Positions 11,662 through 24,740 of a stretch of 64,000 nucleotides of DNA are shown here, piece by piece. Position 1 is the stretch's first letter; every line of letters begins with the position of its first letter. Source of the stretch: Hyphochytrium catenoides (lineage: Eukaryota > Protista > Hyphochytriomycota). The notes under the pieces are model-generated. The model had not been told where the DNA came from and did not search any database. It was given only the letters and a program-made list of their open reading frames with translations. The DNA lies in assembly GCA_900088475.1 (NCBI GenBank), contig FLMG01002914.1, positions 5,971 through 69,970 on the forward strand. Direction: 5' to 3'. Made by a program: the position numbers and the translations under genes.

Positions 11662-13392
11662 ATGATGGAAGCAGATGGGACTGTGAATCTTAGGTGTGGA
11701 ATTTGTTCCGGGTGGCTGACAAGTCCCGGTCGCCTCCACCATTATCAAGCTTGGCGTCTCAAGTACCAAAAAAGACAAAGAAGTCGTGCTCAGCGTGGTA
11801 ACGATGACGGTAATGACGGTGATGGTAGCAGCGGTGGTAAGGAAACGGCAGAGGAGGAGGATGATGAAGAGCCGGACGACGAGGGGTGGTGGAATGGCGC
11901 GGAGACATCGTTCTTTCATGGCCTCTTGGAAGGCGACCATTACAGCGCTTCCAGCGCCATTGCCCTGGACATGACCGATCTCGTGCAACAGAAGATCGAA
12001 CTCTACACAGGAGAAGGGGAGACAGTGAAGATTGGAGGTTCTTTGCCAACACGACGGTAGAAAGGGATTTGTTGTCATGGATACCGATGGTGGCTCAGAT
12101 TTTGACAAGCGGAGTGATCTGCACACATGCTGCTTGCTTGGAGCTCTATGTCGGGACGACGCTGTACGACGAGCAGGAGCGCCACCAAGGTCCAACAGAA
12201 GCAAGGGTGCGAGAAAAAAGAAGGAGTCGACAAGGTGAGCCGATGAGAGAAGAAGGGCTGGATAATAAAGAAGAGGAGGAGCAAATAGAGCAAAAGAAGC
12301 AGACGACTCTCCGCCGCCTATTCCTCTACCTCTCTAAGTATTGGGGTTCCTACATTTCCGAGTACCTTGAGGAGGCGGTTATAGGAGTTGAAGCATACCG
12401 TGATCGCATATATTACTCTAGTGAGACCGACTACGGCAACTTCTATGTCGAGGCATATCCAGCCGCTTACTATCAATGGGGCACTGTCCCGAAAATGAAC
12501 GCTCTGGAGCTACGCCACCTGCTGCATCGACAACAAGGAGGAGGACCGGGAACGCAAAAGCGAACTCTGGTGGACGGGACTCAAAGGAACAAAGTCCAGA
12601 AAACTGGCATAACTGCATCTTCGTCACCAAGTTCTTCTTCGCCTTCTTCTTTGGAGATGCTTCTAGTCAACATGACTGACATCTCGGTGGTCATTCTGAC
12701 CTATCTCAACTACTTTGAGCAAGAGGCGTTCTCCCTTTGCAGTTCCTCTTGCTTCCGCTCTCTGCTGGAACCTGCGCTGCAGAACTGGTACAAGATGAAG
12801 GTCGACAACGACAACATTGTGTTTGTCCCTCCTTCCTGGAGCTTGTCGTGGGACAGTGCTAAAATCGTTGAGGAGATTGGGCAGCTCGATCCAGACCTTC
12901 ATATTAGAGCAAACTCCTCTGACCGCTCTGTTATTATTGACCCGCTCCTCTTCCACAACCCTACTACGGAAGTGAAAGCCGCCTCGTCAACGATGACATC
13001 TGAAATGGAGGAAAGGCATCGATCATCATCAGAGTGTGTCAGTAGAAAAGAAGGCAGAGGATGAAGTGACAGCCATCCAGGCAGGACATCCGCCACTGAA
13101 TTGGAGGCAGTTCCTGTATCGTAGTGCCTGTTCCCCTAGCTGGAGAAATAGGCTGCGTATTATTCTATGTAGCAGACAACAGTTGAACGAGGCAATTGGT
13201 CACAGCGGACCGATCGACGCCCCAGAGGACGACGATAGTGCTGACGATCATGATGGAAGTACCTTTAGAAGCCAGTATGTGCGGGAGAATGACTTCCTCA
13301 GCCGCTATCTCAATCTTACCGCTGAGGGCATGCAGAGTTGGGATGAACGATCTTTAAAGTTCATAGAAGGCCTTAACCGCCCCCCCCCCTGA
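11662..13392 (+). pseudogene. Frameshifted F-box-like protein gene
   Basis: Protein-like content is split over ORFs 11662-12060 (CGICSGW), 11886-13064 (HAACLEL; F-box-like LLVNMTDISVVILTYLNYFEQEAFSLCSSSCFRSLL) and 13036-13392, with overlapping frame switches and no obvious introns. Confidence 0.45.
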
Positions 13393-16300
13393 TAATCTCT
13401 AACAACAAGGAGGTAATAAATTATTATGAGAATATCTCAGTGGCGTGTGTGAAGACAGGGCTGATGGAAAGTTTATGTAAGGAATACCAGGGTTGTTACT
13501 GCTAGCGTTCGGACCCGGTACTGGAAGTCTCCCTTGTTGCACTGTCCTTACAACGGAATATGTGGTCTTCTACTCCCTTCTTGTTGCACTGTCCTTGGAA
13601 TGTGTTGGTCTTCCACTGCGTCACACCACCACCACGTTGCAGAAGGTAGTAGTTCTGATAATCGTACTTTGACCTGTCTTCTTATTGCGGTGTCTTCTTA
13701 TTGGACAGCAAACGGAACTTCTTCTGGAAGTAAGACTTCTTCACATTGTGCTTTTTCAAAAATATTTCTATCTTTTCCTCCTTCTGTCTTGAATGTCTTG
13801 CACCTGTGTACTTGGCCACTTCATCAGTACTACTGATAGTCGGCTGCTGCCTATCAACTTCCAGTAGTTAAATAAGCTAAGCTATAGTAGCGCTAGAGAA
13901 ACTTTTATAGATAAGGGCTTATATAATGGGCTCAGCAGCTAAGCACTCGTGGTGCTGTAGGCCAAGAAGAACGAGGAGGTGAGAACGGTAGTGGCGCAGG
14001 TGTGCAAGCTGACAAATCCATCTATTTAGGTAGCAGCCAACAACAGGGAGATGAAGAGCCATTGGAACCTTAATCTGTGACAGCGCTGCAGCTCTGGGAT
14101 CCCGACCCTCGCCTGTGCGCTCCTTCTCTTGTTTGAGTCCTCCTTTGCGCTTCTGCTTATGAAAACTACTCTTCATCAGATCCTCATTCTTCACAGCCTG
14201 GTCGTCGAACAGCAACACTGCTGCTGGTAAGAAGAGTCTAGCTCTGCTCACTGATGACTACTGCTGCTGTGCATACGACGTAGGAGTAGGCAACACGCAA
14301 CCGCTATTTGTTGCAGGCCCGCCCGTACAGGGAAAAGCACAGCAACAACCTTCAGTGGTGACATGATGGTGAGTGAAATGATGATGATGGTGTTGGTTGA
14401 AAACCGAAAAGACAAAAAAGGCAGCTAGCGCAGTTGAGGAGGAAATTCTTCCAAGAAGATAAGATGAGATCGGGTTGGGGCTGCGGACGTGCAACAACGT
14501 AGTGGCACAGAGGAGCAGTAGAAGCAGGCCATGTAAACAGTGGCTTCGCCACTCCCATTTCTTAGCGTCCCTTCCTAATAATAAACACAAGTAATAGTAC
14601 GTAGATCTCTGGTACCAATGGCATGCCGAGCCTGACAGAGCTTGTGATTCAGAGGCTTCTGCTGCGACTATAGTAAGTCTAGCTAGGCTCTAGCGCAGTC
14701 TCATTTTGGACCAACTGATTCTGATAAATCGTCTGGTTTGCCTGCTGGGCTTTGGAAGCGGCGCTTGTTGGAGGATGCTAGGAGGTCTATTTATGTAGTT
14801 CACACCACCAGCAGCAAGAGTGCCTTAGCGATAGAGTCCTTGTAGAATGATGATGTCTTCTGGCCTACAGAACTGCTGGACTGTTGAGCATGGTCTAACG
14901 GGCCAAGTATTCAACCACCAGCAGCTCCAGTTATTTAGTACTATTTTTTTCTAAATAGCAAGATCCCAAGATCTGAATAATGGAGGCCTGCTGACAGGGA
15001 GGCGAACAACTGGATGACATCAAAGGTACGAACCGCTTTTGAGCTGTGGTCAACCAGGAGGACGTCTCCTTCAGCCTCTAGAAGAGTACTCGTAGTCCTC
15101 CTCTTCTTGGCAGGAACTCATGTTGGAGGAGCAATAGTCTTGATCTACTACAGTACTACGAAGTCTTGGTCTCATCCATCTGTTAGGGCTTGAAGGGCTA
15201 AAAAGACTTTGACAACACCTAACCAGCCGGATAGGATAAGCAGGGTAGGAGAGGCAACCGGGCTTGTGTTGTTCCTTATAACAAGAGCTTCTTCCTCAAC
15301 TCGTTGCCTTGGCACAAGCAAAGAAGAAGGATCTCCATTACGAATAATAGACTGACTTCTTGCGAAGAGCCTTCCTAGGTCTGTTGAGAGGTGCAGGAAG
15401 TCGACAGTCAGAGTGTGTTTGGCTCAGGAGGAGAGAAGGCTTCTTTCCTGCCACCTCTTCTTCTGTCTACAGGTTCCTTCTCTGGCCTTGCTTCTGTGTC
15501 TTTGCATGTATATCTAGGGTAGGAGGACCTTTTTCGTAAGGAAAAGGTTGCTCTTCTTTCCTCTGCGCAAGAAAAGTAATGAGAGAAGACTCTCATCAGT
15601 TCCCTTGAACTCATCTCTGAGGAACACATTCTTACTGTGCACAGAAGCTGCTTTCGCGCTTCTTAGGTTAGCAAGACTCACCCTTCTTGCTGGTCACTAG
15701 AGCTCAAGGCTTTCTGGTGACTAGTCCATATTTCTGTTACATCAAATCATACAGCCCTCATTCACTCGTCATCATCTGTCCACAGCGTCCTCTGAGTGGA
15801 ATACGTGTGCTTCTTAGCTATAGCTGCTGCAGGACCAACAACAATCATCACCAGCTTGATTAGCACTATCACTCCTCCAGTAAATATAGTTTTCTAGTAT
15901 CAACCTTCTTGTGTCCTCTGTTGGGAGCAGGCTGACCTTCTTCTCAACAGGCACCGCGGATACTAGTAGTGTATGTACGTACTACTCCTCCTTCTTCATC
16001 AGTAGTCCTCGAGTCATCCACCATTTTCTTCCGCACCACTCTTGTTATTATAAGACATGGCACAACCTACTACTAGTTAGTCCTCCTTCTTCGCATGCAG
16101 TCGCCACTGTGTCGTCCTACTCTTCTACCTGTCCTGCCTGTTGGTGGAAGTAGACCAACCTTCCCCGTCGCACTTGGCGCTGTCTTTTATTATAAAAACA
16201 GCTATGGAAGGGGCCAGCACCTCTTGTACACCCTGAAATAGAACTAATACTAGTAGGACCAATGTACGCGAGAACCAGCGGCAGCCTCTTTCTCCACTAC

Positions 16301-17179
16301 CGTTTTATGTAATGCGGGCACCACTTTGGATACTGGCAGGTACTTGAACATGTGCAAGTACCAGTCTTAGGCAGCTCCCATACTATGTATGACCTGGTCT
16401 ACTTGGACAACTGCCCATACTTCCTTTGACATAATGCTACAGGTATACGATACGTAAGTACAAATATGTGAAACAAGTATGTAAGCAGTTTCGTTGGTCG
16501 TCAACCTACCCACCCCTCTTGTCTGACTCCCTACAGCTAGTTAGAAGTGAGCGGGTGGGATGTTTCAGTGCTGGATTTATTTTCTGGATTCTTGGTGACA
16601 GACGTTTGATTGCCCACACTGTTACCATCTCTCCTGCAAGCTCTGGCTGACAGCTATTGCTGTAAATACTATTGCTTTGGGTATCTATCTTCTTTTCTGT
16701 CCCACCCATCTAGCTTATGAAAGGCAAATGAGGCATCCATAAAGTGGCAGAGAGCAAGTCCCTGGAGACAAAAGTAAAATGTAAACGACAAAGAGAGAGA
16801 GAAGAGACAGAGTTTTCACGAGATATATCAGTATGGAGCAGCATGCAGAGCCATACCTAAATGTGTGATGGGTTATCACCAGACAGAGAGAGGAAGAGGC
16901 GAGACAGAGATTCGTATACAAAGAGGGCTCAGTGGCAAGAGACAGGAGAAGGTGATGGACACGGAAAGGGCCGCCAACGGACTGTGGCGAGATATATCTA
17001 ACACGAGTTCCTGCTGTACTTACCGCCGGATTCGTGGGCTCTGTGTGCCATCATGTTGGGGGGTCCAATTCTTTGGCATGAGCGTTCCTCGCTGATTTCT
17101 GCCCCTTTTCCCACGCTCCCATTGCTTGGGTTCAGTGCTTCACGCTTTCTGCTCGACAATTTTTGGACCACAGGAGCAC

Positions 17180-17530
17180 ACTCTCTCTCCCTCTCTCTCG
17201 CTCACTCCCTCACTCTCTCTCTCTCTCTCTCACTCTCTCTCTCTCTCTCTCTCACACTCCCTCACTCTCTCTCTCACTCTCTCTCTCTCTCACTCTCTCT
17301 CTCGCTCGCTCGCTCGCTCGGTCGCTCACGCACTCTCTCTCTCCCCCTCGCTCGCTCACTCTCTCTCACACTCTCTCTCTCTTTTCACTCTCCTTTGCTA
17401 CTCTCTCTCTCACTTTCTCTCTCTCTCTGTCGTCTCTCGCCATTCTCTCACTTTTCTCTCGCCCGCACTCGTAGTGCGTCTGCCCTTTCGTGTCTCTCTT
17501 CTCTCTCTCTCTTTGCATCATCTCTTCTCT
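17180..17530. repeat. Compound (CT)n/(CTCA)/(CTCG) microsatellite
   Basis: Direct reading; explains the spurious SL-rich ORFs. Confidence 0.95.
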
Positions 17531-18382
17531 CGCACACAATCACTTATTCTTGAGAGTAATATATTTATTATTACCGCTCTTTCCCTCTCAATCCACCCAT
17601 CAAGCTCCCTATAAGGACCAATCCCTTCCTGAGTGTTCGCCCTCATCTCTCTCCCTTTCTTTTTCAATTGTCGTTGATCCTGTGTTCTCTCTTTGTAGAA
17701 GCCTATCTATCTATCAATGGCGGGCAGCAGTGATAAGACGACAAAGGTAGGAAGAACTTTTGAGTTTGTTCGGCGCTCAGGTGGTACAAGCTGCACCGGC
17801 TCTGATTGGAGGAAGAGAAAGAGACAGCGCCGCTGGTTGATGGGCTTTGATGATGTTGATGCACCAGCAGAAAGGCTGGGCTGAAGATGCTGAGGCTACG
17901 GGTGCAAGCAAGGAAGGACAAGTGAAAAATAATGAAACACCACGACGTCGAGAGGACAGACACAAAGGCTTTTACGTTCCTTCACAGTTCTGCGCATTGC
18001 TGTAGACTTGGCAAGCAGCGCACTGAACTCATCAGCAGATTGAACGTGCCACTAACGACACGCGATTGAAGAGATCGTGAGGACCTCCGAAACACGGTGG
18101 TTCCTCTTCTGTTAGCAACACAAAGCAGAAGCTTCGGCCTCATTTGCCTGATTTCCCAAGCTCGCCACCAGTAAACTGACAGACACACCATAATCTATGT
18201 GTGCATTGCCTCAAGAGAAAGTCTGGTACACTAGCCGGATGATGTTCATGATGAGCTAAAGAGAGTCCCCTGATGCTTGTAGAGCTTCTTTGGATATCCA
18301 AACTGTGCCCACTGCCTTGACGCCAAGCGTGGGGGTTTCGCGAAAGAAAAGCACGCCATCTAGTGGAGAAGGGTGAATAGCA

Positions 18383-19984
18383 ATGCGCTGGTTAGCTCTT
18401 ACTCAGAGTCTTTTTCTGGCTACTCTGCTCTACGTTGTCGGCGTAAGCGCCTCGCCAGGGGAAGTTGTTCAATTGGTGGAGAAGGGTCTCAAGAGCTTGT
18501 CATCGAGTTTGCTAGAAGCTGAGGGGCACAGAGTAGTAGATACCCAAGACGCTCACGCCGTGGCGCAGCAGGACGTTTTACCGGCAGAGGTTGCCCCATC
18601 GGCTGCGAAGGGAGCTGATGAGACTGTGACTAAGTTATCGGTGGCAGAAGAGGAAGGAAAGGAAGGAGAAGATGACAAAAGGGGGTCAGCTCTCCAGCAG
18701 GGTGAGGAGCGGAAAGCGCCACTGGTGAACTCTACCGCGGAGGAAGGTCTAGCCGACGTTGATGACTCGTCCTCTACACAGTCCCTTGCGCTTTCAAACG
18801 CTGATGCGACTAATATGTCCACTAACGGGACAAAAGAAGTGTCGCCAACTCCAAAGTTAGCGAAGCCAACCCTGGCCATCAATGACTGGACCCGGTCTGA
18901 CAAACGCCGAATAATCAACAAGAACCCATATCCATTCAAAAAGTTTCAAGACCTTGCCAGGTTCTGCGCCTCCAGTGCATCCGAACACGTCAAGCCAGGC
19001 CATCTTGCATCCTTACGATCGCAGTGCAAGCTCTGGGAGCGCATCGGGACTCGGGATACGCAGACAGAAGAACAGGATGCAGTCAATGGATCTCAGAGCC
19101 CCCTCCGTACACCGGGAAGGCTTGGCTTCCTGCTTGATATCTCTCGGGTGCCCGTCTCGGACGCAAAGTACCTCAATGAGGACCCATTGAACAGCCATGC
19201 AGACGAACGTTGGGGCTCTCATCTCGCCCGCTTATCTGTGAAGTTCCGCAACGACATGCTCAAGGAGACATTTGCAGCGTGGGCAGAGTTTGCAGAGCTT
19301 CACGACATCACTTACTGGCTAGCACACGGCACCCTTCTGAGCTGGCTGTGGAATGAGAACGTCTTTCCCTGGGATGAGGATGGAGATATCCAGACTACTA
19401 ACTATGAGCTGTTGGCACACATTGCCGCTCTCAACGGCTCTGTAGTGCACAACCGTTTCTATTTGGATGTCAACCCAAACATCATCTTCCCGTTCCACCA
19501 AACAGACAACGTCATAGATGCTAGGTTTATCGATACCCACTCAGGTGTCTATCTTGACATCACTGGCCTTAGAATGGACCAAGAGGGCAAGCTTCGGTGT
19601 AAGAGCGTTCACTCCTATAGGCCGGACGACCTATTTCCTCTCCATAGGGCGATATATAGTGGTGTGAAGACGTGGAGACCGCACTTTGTTCAGAAGCTCC
19701 TGGCCCAAGAGTATGGGATCAAGGCCCTTAGTAACGCGGAGTTTGCAGGTTACCGCTTTGATACCTCTGTGCAGGACTGGATACAGGTACATACAGAAAG
19801 CAATGTCATTGACATCCTGAAGAACATTACCAAGGAGTATTACCCCGCAAACTCCGACACTGGCAAGCAGAGTACCCCCGCGGTGTATGTGGATACTTCG
19901 AGGCGTCTCGAAAGTACGACAAACGAAAACGAGACAAAAGGTTCTGGGCACCAGGGCTCGGTTCAAAGGCTAAGGGGGCAGTAG
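18383..19984 (+). CDS. LicD/Mnn4/fukutin-family nucleotidyltransferase-fold phosphotransferase, secretory pathway
   Basis: 533-aa intronless ORF with signal peptide; motifs YWLAHGTLLSW...FPWDEDGDIQ and NVIDARFIDTHSGVYLDITGL. Confidence 0.9.
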   Translation: MRWLALTQSLFLATLLYVVGVSASPGEVVQLVEKGLKSLSSSLLEAEGHRVVDTQDAHAVAQQDVLPAEVAPSAAKGADETVTKLSVAEEEGKEGEDDKRGSALQQGEERKAPLVNSTAEEGLADVDDSSSTQSLALSNADATNMSTNGTKEVSPTPKLAKPTLAINDWTRSDKRRIINKNPYPFKKFQDLARFCASSASEHVKPGHLASLRSQCKLWERIGTRDTQTEEQDAVNGSQSPLRTPGRLGFLLDISRVPVSDAKYLNEDPLNSHADERWGSHLARLSVKFRNDMLKETFAAWAEFAELHDITYWLAHGTLLSWLWNENVFPWDEDGDIQTTNYELLAHIAALNGSVVHNRFYLDVNPNIIFPFHQTDNVIDARFIDTHSGVYLDITGLRMDQEGKLRCKSVHSYRPDDLFPLHRAIYSGVKTWRPHFVQKLLAQEYGIKALSNAEFAGYRFDTSVQDWIQVHTESNVIDILKNITKEYYPANSDTGKQSTPAVYVDTSRRLESTTNENETKGSGHQGSVQRLRGQ

Positions 19985-20940
19985 TAGTGGCAGCCCAAGA
20001 GCTTTTGTTCCCATTTTGTACGGAGTTACCGCTCTGCTCCGTCTGTTAGCTGTTAGGATTGTTGACATTTTTGAAGTATTTATGCAGCGTCCCACTCACT
20101 GGACATACAGTTCTGAGATCTACCCTACATTGGCTCTGACCACGACAGAACGATGTAGCTGACCTCTCATTAATACCCGCACTCAAAAAACTGCCGGACC
20201 GCTATGGGCGGCGGAGGTGGCGGAGGTTGATAATAGAGTCAGCTCGCCCTTTGAAGGCTGGTGATACTCAGTCATAGTGATGCCTGGCAGTGTCTCGCTG
20301 CCGCGGATGATGGGAGCGCAATGTTCTGTTCCCATCCTCATCTTCATAGTTGCTTGGTAACCTCCTAACAGATACAGGTTGCTGCTATCTAGAGGATCTA
20401 CACCTGCCCCACTCATATCCACCGTTCCGGCATCTATGCATGCTGCACTCTCCTCATACCACTTAGCGAAAAGTCCAGCGGAAGACTGTCAAAGCATCCT
20501 TCTAGTGTACCTGTAGAGGAAATCTCACCATCACCACAGCTCATACACATCCTTTCGTGATCGCCTTCTACGTCATCCTACTAGCAACAGTGTCTAGATC
20601 ATCTACCTGATAATAAGCGCCCTCCTCTCAGTTTCTGACCTGCAGCGCCGCATCTGATGACCATCATCTGCCGTCGTGCTGTTGTGCTCTTCTCCTGCCA
20701 CACGCTTCACCATGTAACATCAGCAGAAAACAGCTGCAACTGTTCTTGGCTAATCAAGACCACCACTGTTGGCTAATAATGGCGGTGATGATGGGCGTCT
20801 TGACCTTGTACTACTAAATCATAAACTTTTACCTGTCTTTTGTTGTTGGGGAGGCGTTTCCGCTTTAGTGCCGCCCCACAGGCACTCTGTCCTCAATCAT
20901 CATCGCTGCCCGAATATAAGAGTTTCAGTGGAGCTGTGTA

Positions 20941-21180
20941 GGTAAAGGGATTCGACAGGATACCCGAATATAATTCAAATCCAAGGAACAAACCTACACT
21001 TGGAGCTTGTAGAAAGGTTCCTGCAGATAGCTATTCGGGATCAAGCTAGACGTTAAGGGAAATAGACCGCAGCCAATCCCGTGGATCTAGAATAATTGGG
21101 AAGTACCCTCTTCAGTTTTCTTTTTCAAGAAGCTTGGACCTCAATAATATTCCCCCTAGAATGTCACTAATCCTAATGAT
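20941..21180 (-). mobile_element. Possible decayed reverse-transcriptase fragment (Gypsy/DIRS-like)
   Basis: ILGGILLRSKLLEKEN*..IIL..DWLRSISLNV*LDPE*..FLQAPSVGLFLGFELYSGILSNP follows the RT order xxDDILIxS / LR / F..V.FLG / GI..P, but the DD is lost. Confidence 0.3.
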
Positions 21181-21264
21181 TATAGCTCATAGAGTGTAGT
21201 AGTAATCATGGTGTCTCTTCGAGATTGCCTGGATCCTCCGAAAGGCCGCGAGCAGCTCACGGCG

Positions 21265-21307
21265 CCTGCCCTGCCCTGCCCTGCCCTGCCCTGCCCTGCC
21301 CTGCCCT
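21265..21307. repeat. (CCCTG)n pentanucleotide repeat
   Basis: Direct reading. Confidence 0.95.
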
Positions 21308-21646
21308 CCGGGCCCTGGGGGCTGGGCCTTTGAAGAGAGGAGACGGAGGGCAGAAGTGCACCCGCAGCCTAGGCACAAGAAGACAGGACGGCACGGAGGA
21401 GGTAGGTCGCCAGGAAGACGAGGAAGATGTGGATGATGAAAGACAGCAAGTCAATATTAGTACGAGTGAGACCGTAACAAAGGAAGAAAGAGCTCGGCAG
21501 ACGGAGGTGCAGCGGGCTCGAAAAGCTCCTTACTGGCCGACTGTCCTCCCATACCTGGATCATTAAGCTGACGACGCGCCATACTCTGCCCACCTGGACC
21601 TCCAGCATTTATTTGTTAACATCAGGGAGCGCAATTTGACGGAGAC

Positions 21647-23405
21647 ATGGTCGCCTTAAAAGCAATTCTTGCACTCAGTTCTTTGGTGGCAACCAGTGTC
21701 GGCGCTGTGCGTAGAGGGTCGGAACAGGCAGCCTTTCAGGCAGCAGAGAACAAACAATGGAGGTGCACCCCAGTCACGATGCTGAACACTCGTGCCGTGG
21801 GCAGTATGGCAGTCGCCAAGGACGGAGCGTGGCAAGGGCCCAAATTTCCTGCTGAGAACGTAAACACTGCTAATGTGGAGGGCGCATTGAAGTACATCAT
21901 AACGGAGTGTATTGATAAGGGTAGGCAGACACAAGTACACGCAGCATGGTCCATCATGTCGCATGAATCTCTCTCTCCCTCCTCCTCTAAGGCTTCCCTC
22001 GTGTTCTCAGCTGCCTTTTCTACAAGCTTAAGCCCAGCTCTCCTCCTTTTTCTTAGCCGTAGCCCTCCGCTTACCATGCCCCTTCCACTCCCTATTCCGC
22101 GCTACAGCTTCGATCGATCCAACCATTTGTGCGCGGAAAAACTGGGTGGCGTACATCGACTTTTACACTTACACTGTCTGCCAACCTGCCGCCGCCAACT
22201 GGTGGTTCTCATCTTTGAGAGAAAATGGCTATGGCGGGCAGCCCGCAGCTGACTACTACGGCTTGGGCCAATATCTGACGTTTGACGATGGAGCTTGTGA
22301 TGTTGGCTTTTCCTATTGCAATTATGTCAACGGCAGAGCCAACGCTCCTAAGGTGAGAAGAGAGATAGAAGCTTTTGGGTTATTAGGAGACTTAATTCTG
22401 GGTGATCCAACTTGGCCAACCCTGCGTGCAGTATGTGTCTGTTCCCTAATGGGTCCGTTTCTTCCCGCCCCGCTGCCTTTGAATTGTTCGCCATCTATGT
22501 GTATCCATCAACGTGGCTGTGCTTGGTCTCAGTCTTCTAAAACTTATCTTTCCCTCACATCCTCATAGCTTGGCAACTGGATCGGCTGGCAAGATGTATC
22601 TGAAGACCCGCGCAACCCTACTACTGGTGCCTATTGGTATTCCTTCCCTGGAGTCTGCCCTGAGATGAACCGCACGAAAGGGAAGACCGAAGAATGTATG
22701 AAGACGAACCCAGGAGGAAGATGCCCACCAGGGGTTACTCCAGATGGCGTGACGTGCACTTACAGCTATGAGTTCTTTGGCGAAATCGCACTGGACGCAC
22801 TGGTCGGGATCACGGACATGGGCTACAAGAACTACACAGAGTTCTGCAAGGCCAAGAATGTAGAGTTCGAGAGAGCGTCAGACTACTCTTTCGTACAGGG
22901 TTTGGACTTCTGGAAAGATCCTCTCAACAAGACCGCCAACGCAGAGAGAGTCAAGAAGATGCTCGAATTCTATGCGAACAAGACAGCTAATCCAATGAAC
23001 AAGCCTCTTCCTACGCCTGAAGAACTTGACGCAAAGAATCCACCTTGCTATTGCAATGTGCCGTCCTGTGTGAACGCTCCCTGCAAGTACGATGCGTCTC
23101 AGTACTGTGTGAGGTGTAAGATTGGTGAGCCAGGCTGCGAGGTCAATCCTGATCCTTCAAAGTGCAAGTACGGTCTGCCTACGGTTCAGACGCTGTCAAA
23201 GGTTAGTGTTCCTACGACCGCACCGCCTACAAAGGAGGCAGAGACCAGCCAGACGCCTGAGACAAATGCGGAAGTGCCTTCGAATAATGACGGGTCCCAG
23301 AGTGCGAACAACAACAACAGGAAGAGCGACGCTGAGCGATACGACCAACAGGCAGTCGTGTTTGCCGTTGCTGGAGTTGCCGCTACGTTGGCGCTTTGGC
23401 AATAG
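21647..23405 (+). CDS. Secreted Cys-rich, probably GPI-anchored protein resembling an uncharacterised oomycete family; 3 exons (21647-21920, 22108-22352, 22569-23405)
   Basis: GT-AG splicing gives ...ECIDKASIDPTICARKNWVAYIDFY...NAPK/LGNWIGWQDVSEDPRNPTTGAYWYSFPGVCPE...GGRCPPGVTPDGVTCTYSY...IALDALVGIT...NYTEFC. N-terminal signal and C-terminal hydrophobic tail. Confidence 0.85.
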
Positions 23406-24099
23406 GCGCCATGACTGTGGACCTTGAGGCATACTTCTCTCTGCTTATCTCTACCCGAATGTCGATCAAATTGTCTTGCTTGAGCATGTCCACCACACCC
23501 CACAGCGGTAGTTAACTTCCTTGCCACCCCACAGAATAGGCCATCCTATAATCTTCCATCGAATGAGTTCACTGTGAGAGTTAAGTATGATGTCCATACA
23601 CCACCACCTTCGCTGATGGATCTATCCATACGGAACGGCCACTCCAATGAACTTGCCAATTTTATCTGTCGCCTTTCCATCCTTGATAGGGGTAGGGGCT
23701 GTGGTCGCCTTTCCTTCTTCCCGTCCTGAGTCCTGCCAATCTCAAGGTCCAAAGGGCTTCTTAGCATAATCTCCATCACTACGCTAGAGCTAGACTCTGG
23801 TCAAGGGTAGGGATGCTCATTCAGAATGACAGTGATACTCAATGAGTGCGCAGCCTGTAATAACCATGAAAGCAGGGGTAGCCGTCTCATACAGAGCTCT
23901 AGAACGCGTCGCTAACCTCTCCACCAACCGAAGCACGATTCATTCGAGCTTTGCATCGTTTTCTATTGATCGTCCTCAGACAAAGAGGAGCAGGTTCGTC
24001 AAAAGCTATCTAGAGCAAAGTCATCTGCAGATACCAGACTAAGAAGGTACATTACAACGATTTCGTAGACTTCGACTCTAAAGATACCGCTTCCTAGAC

Positions 24100-24740
24100 C
24101 AATCTGTGTCAGCTCTACTCTTAATTCAAACAAGCTTGAGGCGACTCAGGTCCCCGAAGGCTCTGTACTCGGTTAGCTCCGCAGAAAGCTCTGCGCTATC
24201 CAGGCTCACAAGCTTTGGAATGCTATAGAATCTAAAGACTCTGTGCATGTGCTGCGGCAACTGAAGACTCTGTATCAACAAAAAAACTCTATCAACAATC
24301 AGCAAACTATTGACCTATTATTAGCTGTGATCCTACTCATTGTGAAGATTGCCTCTGCTTTTGCTGCGAGCTGTGAGCTGCTACAAGTAGAACAGCAGAA
24401 GTGGCATGCTGCCTGCTGCTTTCCTGCTGCCTGAGAGCTGCTGCCTGAGCTGCTTGCTGCCTGGCTCTGCAGGTGACGAGACGGGAGTCGGACGGGGAGA
24501 TGGGATCCAGTTGCAGACAGGTGCCTCAGATTCGCAACACATTCTAAATCAGACGGCCCAAGACGCCTTTCGTTTAGTATTTATTCCATAACATGCCTCT
24601 CATTCCAGATAAATGTTGTGGCGTCACCGGGTTGTCTTCTTACGTTACAGAAATAGAAAAACTTGAGCTTTTGGAAGGAGCGACGACAGGGGAAGGATGG
24701 GAGGACATGTCAGAGATGTGCGAGCTGAGATCTGCCTGCT
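24100..24740 (-). pseudogene. Possible decayed LRR-protein fragments
   Basis: Minus-strand pieces LSSLLPK...EDNPVT and RVFRFYSIPKLVSLDSAELSAE (LRR-cap-like), broken by stops and frameshifts. Confidence 0.25.

Noticed and set aside
16339-16362. 24-bp near-palindrome GGTACTTGAACATGTGCAAGTACC
   Set aside because: Single occurrence with no associated feature.
20183-20900. Kelch-like LYLLGGY or M13-peptidase-like fragment
   Set aside because: Too fragmentary to assign.
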